DNA of 26,680 nt, taken from assembly GCA_902796635.1 (NCBI GenBank), contig CADBPU010000005.1:1-26680 (forward strand), given 5' to 3'. Position 1 is the stretch's first letter; every line of letters starts with the position of its first letter. Under the pieces are notes generated by a model, which saw nothing but the letters and a program-made list of their open reading frames with translations, made no database searches and was not told where the DNA came from. The position numbers and the translations under genes were made by a program. The stretch comes from an uncultured Eubacteriales bacterium (lineage in GTDB: Bacteria > Bacillota > Clostridia > Christensenellales > UBA1242). This document shows positions 23,558 through 26,680 of this stretch, piece by piece.

Positions 23558-24277
23558 ATGAATATTTTTAAGATTAAAGAAAAACTAAAAAAATTATTTT
23601 GTGGAGATATATTTTTAGACAACGAAGAACTAATTTTATTTTTATGTGGAAACGAAGCCCTGCCTAATCCCCTTGATAGTGAAACTGAACTTGAATATAT
23701 CGAAAAGGCCGAACAAGGAGACGAAAGCGCAAAGAGCAAATTGATTGAGCATAATTTGAGACTTGTTGTTTATATTAGTAAAAAATTCAGCAACACAAAT
23801 GTGGAACTTGAAGACTTAATTAGTGTTGGCTCCATTGGATTAATCAAGGCAATAAACAGTTTCAAACTTGAAAAAAACATAAAACTTGCAACTTATGCAA
23901 GCCGCTGTATCGAAAACGAAATTTTGATGCATTTGAGAAAAACCAGCAGATTAAAAGCCGAAGTGAGTCTTGATGAACCGTTGACTGTTGATGGAGATGG
24001 AAACGAGCTTGTGCTTGGTGATATTTTGAGTGTTGAAAGTGATAGTGTTACAAAAAATATAGAAAAGACAACAGAAAAGCAACTTTTATGGCAATGCCTT
24101 GAAAAACTAAACTCAAAAGAAAAAGAAATCATGATGCTACGTTTTGGACTTGGAAATCACAAAGAAAAAACTCAAAAAGAAGTGGCTGATGAACTTGGAA
24201 TAAGCCAAAGTTATATAAGCAGAATTGAAAAAAAGATTGTTTCAAAACTAAAAAAAGAACTATTAAAAACATATTGA
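23558..24277 (+). CDS. sigE: RNA polymerase sporulation sigma factor E (pro-sigma-E)
   Basis: N-terminal pro-sequence ending G.EALP.PL. LIEHNLRLVVYI.KKF, EDLISVG.IGLIKA, KLATYASRCIENEILM.LR, DGNEL.L.D, TQKEVAD.LGISQSYISR.EK. Confidence 0.96.
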   Translation: MNIFKIKEKLKKLFCGDIFLDNEELILFLCGNEALPNPLDSETELEYIEKAEQGDESAKSKLIEHNLRLVVYISKKFSNTNVELEDLISVGSIGLIKAINSFKLEKNIKLATYASRCIENEILMHLRKTSRLKAEVSLDEPLTVDGDGNELVLGDILSVESDSVTKNIEKTTEKQLLWQCLEKLNSKEKEIMMLRFGLGNHKEKTQKEVADELGISQSYISRIEKKIVSKLKKELLKTY

Positions 24278-24314
24278 TAATAATTCAAAAATATTCGTCA
24301 AATTAGTTAATAAT

Positions 24315-24343
24315 TTGACTTTTATTTTTTATTGTAATAAAAT
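24315..24343 (+). promoter_or_regulatory. Sigma-A promoter of degV
   Basis: TTGACT (24315-24320), 17 nt, TAAAAT (24338-24343). Confidence 0.75.
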
Positions 24344-24358
24344 ATTTTTGAGGTACTT

Positions 24359-25249
24359 ATGAGAGATTTTGAAATATCAACAGATAGTAATTGCGATTTA
24401 TATGCAAATGAAATAAAAGAATTGGAAATTTATGTTGGTCATTTGAACTACACTTTTTCAAAGGGAAATGAACTAACAGAACATTTAGATAATTTTACAG
24501 AATATAGCGAATATGTAGATTTTTACAACAAAATAAGAAGTGGTTATGTTGCAAAAACTTCAATACTCAGTTTACAAGCACACATTGACCTATTCACAGA
24601 AATGGCAAAAGCAGGAATAAAAAAAGTTTTGCATATTGCACAAAGTGATGGATTGAGCCCAACGATTGACAATGCAAACAAAGCAATAGAAATGGTAAAA
24701 GAAGAATACCCTGACATTGACTATGTTGCTATTGAAAGTAAAACAACCACAATAGGAGAAGGTTTGCTTGTCAAAATCGCTTGTGATATGAGAGACAAGG
24801 GCAAAGATAGACAAGAAGTAATTGATTTTATACAAAACAACAAATGCAAAATTCAACATATTGTTATGGTTGATGACCTTACATGCTTAAAACGTGGTGG
24901 AAGAATAAGTGGACCAAAAGCCATGATTGCCACAATGCTTAACATAAAACCAATCATTGAATTTGGAATGAATGGCAAACTTGATGTTTACAGAAAAGAA
25001 ATGGGTGTCAAAAAAGCACTCAAAAGCATGGTTGAAGAATTTAAGTCTCACACACTAAACAAACAATATCCACTTTGCTATATCGTTCACTGTGATAATT
25101 CACAAAGAGCAGAAGAATTGCAACAAATGGTTTTTGCAGAAACAGGTATAAAACCAGAATTGAGAATTATGGGACCAATCATTGGCGCACATGTTGGCCC
25201 GGGTGGAATTGCTCTTGGATTTTTGAGCAATGAAGATAGACCATTTTAA
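24359..25249 (+). CDS. degV: DegV-family fatty-acid-binding protein (FakB-like)
   Basis: I.TDS.CDL, KTS, LS.T..NA, S.T...GEG, L.RGGRIS....IATMLNIKPI, IGAHVGPG. SD GAGG. Confidence 0.93.
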   Translation: MRDFEISTDSNCDLYANEIKELEIYVGHLNYTFSKGNELTEHLDNFTEYSEYVDFYNKIRSGYVAKTSILSLQAHIDLFTEMAKAGIKKVLHIAQSDGLSPTIDNANKAIEMVKEEYPDIDYVAIESKTTTIGEGLLVKIACDMRDKGKDRQEVIDFIQNNKCKIQHIVMVDDLTCLKRGGRISGPKAMIATMLNIKPIIEFGMNGKLDVYRKEMGVKKALKSMVEEFKSHTLNKQYPLCYIVHCDNSQRAEELQQMVFAETGIKPELRIMGPIIGAHVGPGGIALGFLSNEDRPF

Positions 25250-25255
25250 TAAATT

Positions 25256-25280
25256 ACCATGGTTTACCCATGGTTTTTTT
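25256..25280 (+). terminator. Rho-independent terminator after degV
   Basis: ACCATGG-TTTAC-CCATGGT followed by TTTTTT. Confidence 0.8.
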
Positions 25281-25406
25281 ATGCAAAAAACATTTACATA
25301 AAAAAATGATTTTTATAATTTTTTATATAAGAATATGAGAAAATGACAAAAAAATGTTATTTTTTAATGTTTTTTTGCTAATTTTTTACATTTTTTTTAT
25401 ATTTTT

Positions 25407-25435
25407 GAATATTTCTTTTTAAGTAGGCAACCATA
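25407..25435 (+). promoter_or_regulatory. Putative sigma-F/sigma-G promoter of sigG
   Basis: GAATA (25407-25411), 14 nt, GGCAACCATA (25426-25435). Same geometry as the ywmB and spoIIQ promoters. Confidence 0.6.
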
Positions 25436-25452
25436 AAAGCATAGGAGTTTTT

Positions 25453-26226
25453 ATGGCAAATAAAGTAAAAATTTGTGGGGTTGATACTTCAAATTTACCA
25501 AAACTATCAAACAAAGAAATGGAAGAATTAATGCAAAAATTGAAAGCCGGAAACAAAGAAGCAAAAAAACAATTTATTTTTGCAAACTTGCGTCTTGTGT
25601 TGAGTGTAGTGCAAAGATTCAATCCAAAAAACCAAAATCCAGATGACCTTTTTCAAGTGGGCTGTGTTGGACTTATCAAAGCAATAAATAATTTTGACAC
25701 TTCTCTTAATGTAAAGTTTTCTACTTACGCTGTGCCTATGATTATTGGCGAAATCAAGAGATTTATGCGCGATAGCACAAGTATGAGAGTATCAAGAAGC
25801 ATAAGAGATACTGCATATCAAATACTCAAATGCAGAGAACGATATGCAAAGGAACACAAAACTGAACCATCACTGGAACAGATTTCAACAGACCTTGGAA
25901 TAAGTGTGAAGGAAGTATCTTTTGCACTTGATGCTTTAAGTGAACCTGTGAGTATGTATGACCCCGTGTATAAAGATGGTAGTGAAACAGTAAGAGTTAT
26001 GGACCAAATTGGCGACAGCAAAAACAATCAAGATGAATGGATTGAAAATTTTGCGCTTAAAGATGCACTAAAAAAATTGTCAGCAAAAGAAAAACAAATT
26101 GTGCTTATGAGATATTATTTAGGCAAAACACAAATTGAAGTCAGCAACGAAGTTGGCATCAGTCAGGCACAAGTCAGCCGACTTGAAAAAGAAGCAATAA
26201 AAAGTATGCGAAAAGATATAATTTAA
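25453..26226 (+). CDS. sigG: RNA polymerase sporulation sigma factor G
   Basis: Diagnostic NKV.ICGV.TS.LP.L start. NLRLVLSVVQRF, DDLFQVGCVGLIKAI.NFD, FSTYAVPMIIGEI.R..RD, RVSRS.RD, TQ.EVS.E.GISQAQVSRLEK.A. Confidence 0.97.
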   Translation: MANKVKICGVDTSNLPKLSNKEMEELMQKLKAGNKEAKKQFIFANLRLVLSVVQRFNPKNQNPDDLFQVGCVGLIKAINNFDTSLNVKFSTYAVPMIIGEIKRFMRDSTSMRVSRSIRDTAYQILKCRERYAKEHKTEPSLEQISTDLGISVKEVSFALDALSEPVSMYDPVYKDGSETVRVMDQIGDSKNNQDEWIENFALKDALKKLSAKEKQIVLMRYYLGKTQIEVSNEVGISQAQVSRLEKEAIKSMRKDII

Positions 26227-26236
26227 TAAAAATAAT

Positions 26237-26266
26237 AAAAAATCAAGGTAAAAACCTTGATTTTTT
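26237..26266. terminator. Bidirectional terminator between convergent sigG and the DnaC-like gene
   Basis: AAAAAATCAAGGT-AAAA-ACCTTGATTTTTT. Confidence 0.88.
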
Positions 26267-26295
26267 ATGTTTTTTTGCTTATTTTTTATTGATTT

Positions 26296-26680
26296 TTATT
26301 TTTTTAGTCTATTATTCTTTCCCTTAAACTCTAAAATAAGAGAAGAACGTTTGTTGAATATTCTAGAAAAAATTCTTTCTTCGTACTTTGAAAGTACTTG
26401 TTCAGGACTTAAATTACTCGTTATTATTGTTGACTTTTGTTTTGTTATTCTTTCATTCAAAAGAAGTAATAAGTATTCTTTTGTAACATTCTTTCTTATA
26501 GGTTCTGTGCCAAGGTCATCAATAATCAAACAATCAGTGTCAATCAAACTTTTTAGATGCTCTTTTTGTTCCAAACTTGAAAGGTGGTCTTCTAAAAACA
26601 TATTGTTCATATCAAAAGCGCTCAAAAACAAAGTTGTGTATCCTCTTGAAACAAGTTCTTTTGCAAGGCATCTTGTGAGA
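26296..26680 (-). CDS. DnaC/IstB-like AAA+ ATP-binding protein, probable helicase loader (partial; 5' end off the window)
   Basis: The frame is open to the window edge (LTRCLAKELVSRGYTTLFLSA...). Walker B LIIDDLGTE, LLNER...KSTIITSNL, YEERIFSRI. Walker A lies just outside the window. Confidence 0.85.
   Translation of the reverse strand, partial: LTRCLAKELVSRGYTTLFLSAFDMNNMFLEDHLSSLEQKEHLKSLIDTDCLIIDDLGTEPIRKNVTKEYLLLLLNERITKQKSTIITSNLSPEQVLSKYEERIFSRIFNKRSSLILEFKGKNNRLKK

Noticed and set aside
24297-24319. Inverted repeat GTCAAATTA-N5-TAATTTGAC as an antisense promoter into sigE or an operator
   Set aside because: No -10 lies at proper spacing on the minus strand. The AT-rich stem is at best a weak sigE terminator overlapping the degV -35, so it cannot be assigned.
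405-26027. The many 60-117 aa ORFs antisense to or out of frame within the long genes
   Set aside because: They are shadows of well-supported CDSs, with no SD, no recognisable motifs and Phe/Leu/Ile/Ser-rich composition typical of reverse frames in AT-rich DNA.
22090-26295. Strand switch as a replication origin/terminus or an acquired island
   Set aside because: No DnaA-box cluster, dif-like site, integrase or flanking repeats were seen. The genes are core sporulation genes of host-like composition.
26296-26680. IstB helper of an IS21 element
   Set aside because: No terminal inverted repeat or transposase is visible. The gene ends at an ordinary shared terminator, and composition matches the host. 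A chromosomal DnaC-like loader is more likely, but the upstream gene is off-window.
1-26680. CRISPR arrays, tRNA/rRNA genes, prophage or defence genes
   Set aside because: No regularly spaced repeats, no GC-rich structured RNA other than the T-box, and no unexplained gap long enough to hold them.

Overview
AT-rich chromosomal segment from a spore-forming Clostridia-type Firmicute, probably genome-streamlined (an inference from gene losses at conserved loci). I see no mobile element, CRISPR array, rRNA or tRNA. Minus strand, in transcription order: feoA-feoB, der-plsY, a Phe T-box followed by pheS-pheT, an HI0933-family flavoprotein and tadA, a degenerate glmU-like gene-pth-mfd-prsA-like foldase, an LPG-synthase-TM membrane protein, a degenerate glycerol-1-phosphate-dehydrogenase-like protein, ywmB-like, spoIIQ-like, acpP and spoIIID (partial). 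Plus strand: ylmC/ymxH-spoIIGA-sigE-degV-sigG. A partial DnaC/IstB-like ATPase converges on sigG at the right edge. The most interesting signals are: (1) two intact but apparently catalytically dead enzyme relics (GlmU-like, G1PDH-like); (2) five SD-less genes whose start codon lies 6-9 nt behind a -10 element, suggesting leaderless mRNAs; (3) a shared sigma-F-type promoter with a 14-nt spacer before three forespore-type genes; (4) a FeoB with altered guanine-recognition motifs and a T10 tract; (5) an 11-mer repeat tail on PlsY; (6) self-contained fatty-acyl-carrier cassettes inserted into two sporulation loci; (7) absence of murA, spoIID, prs, spoVT and gpsA from their usual positions. All family assignments come from motif recognition by eye; no database search was run.
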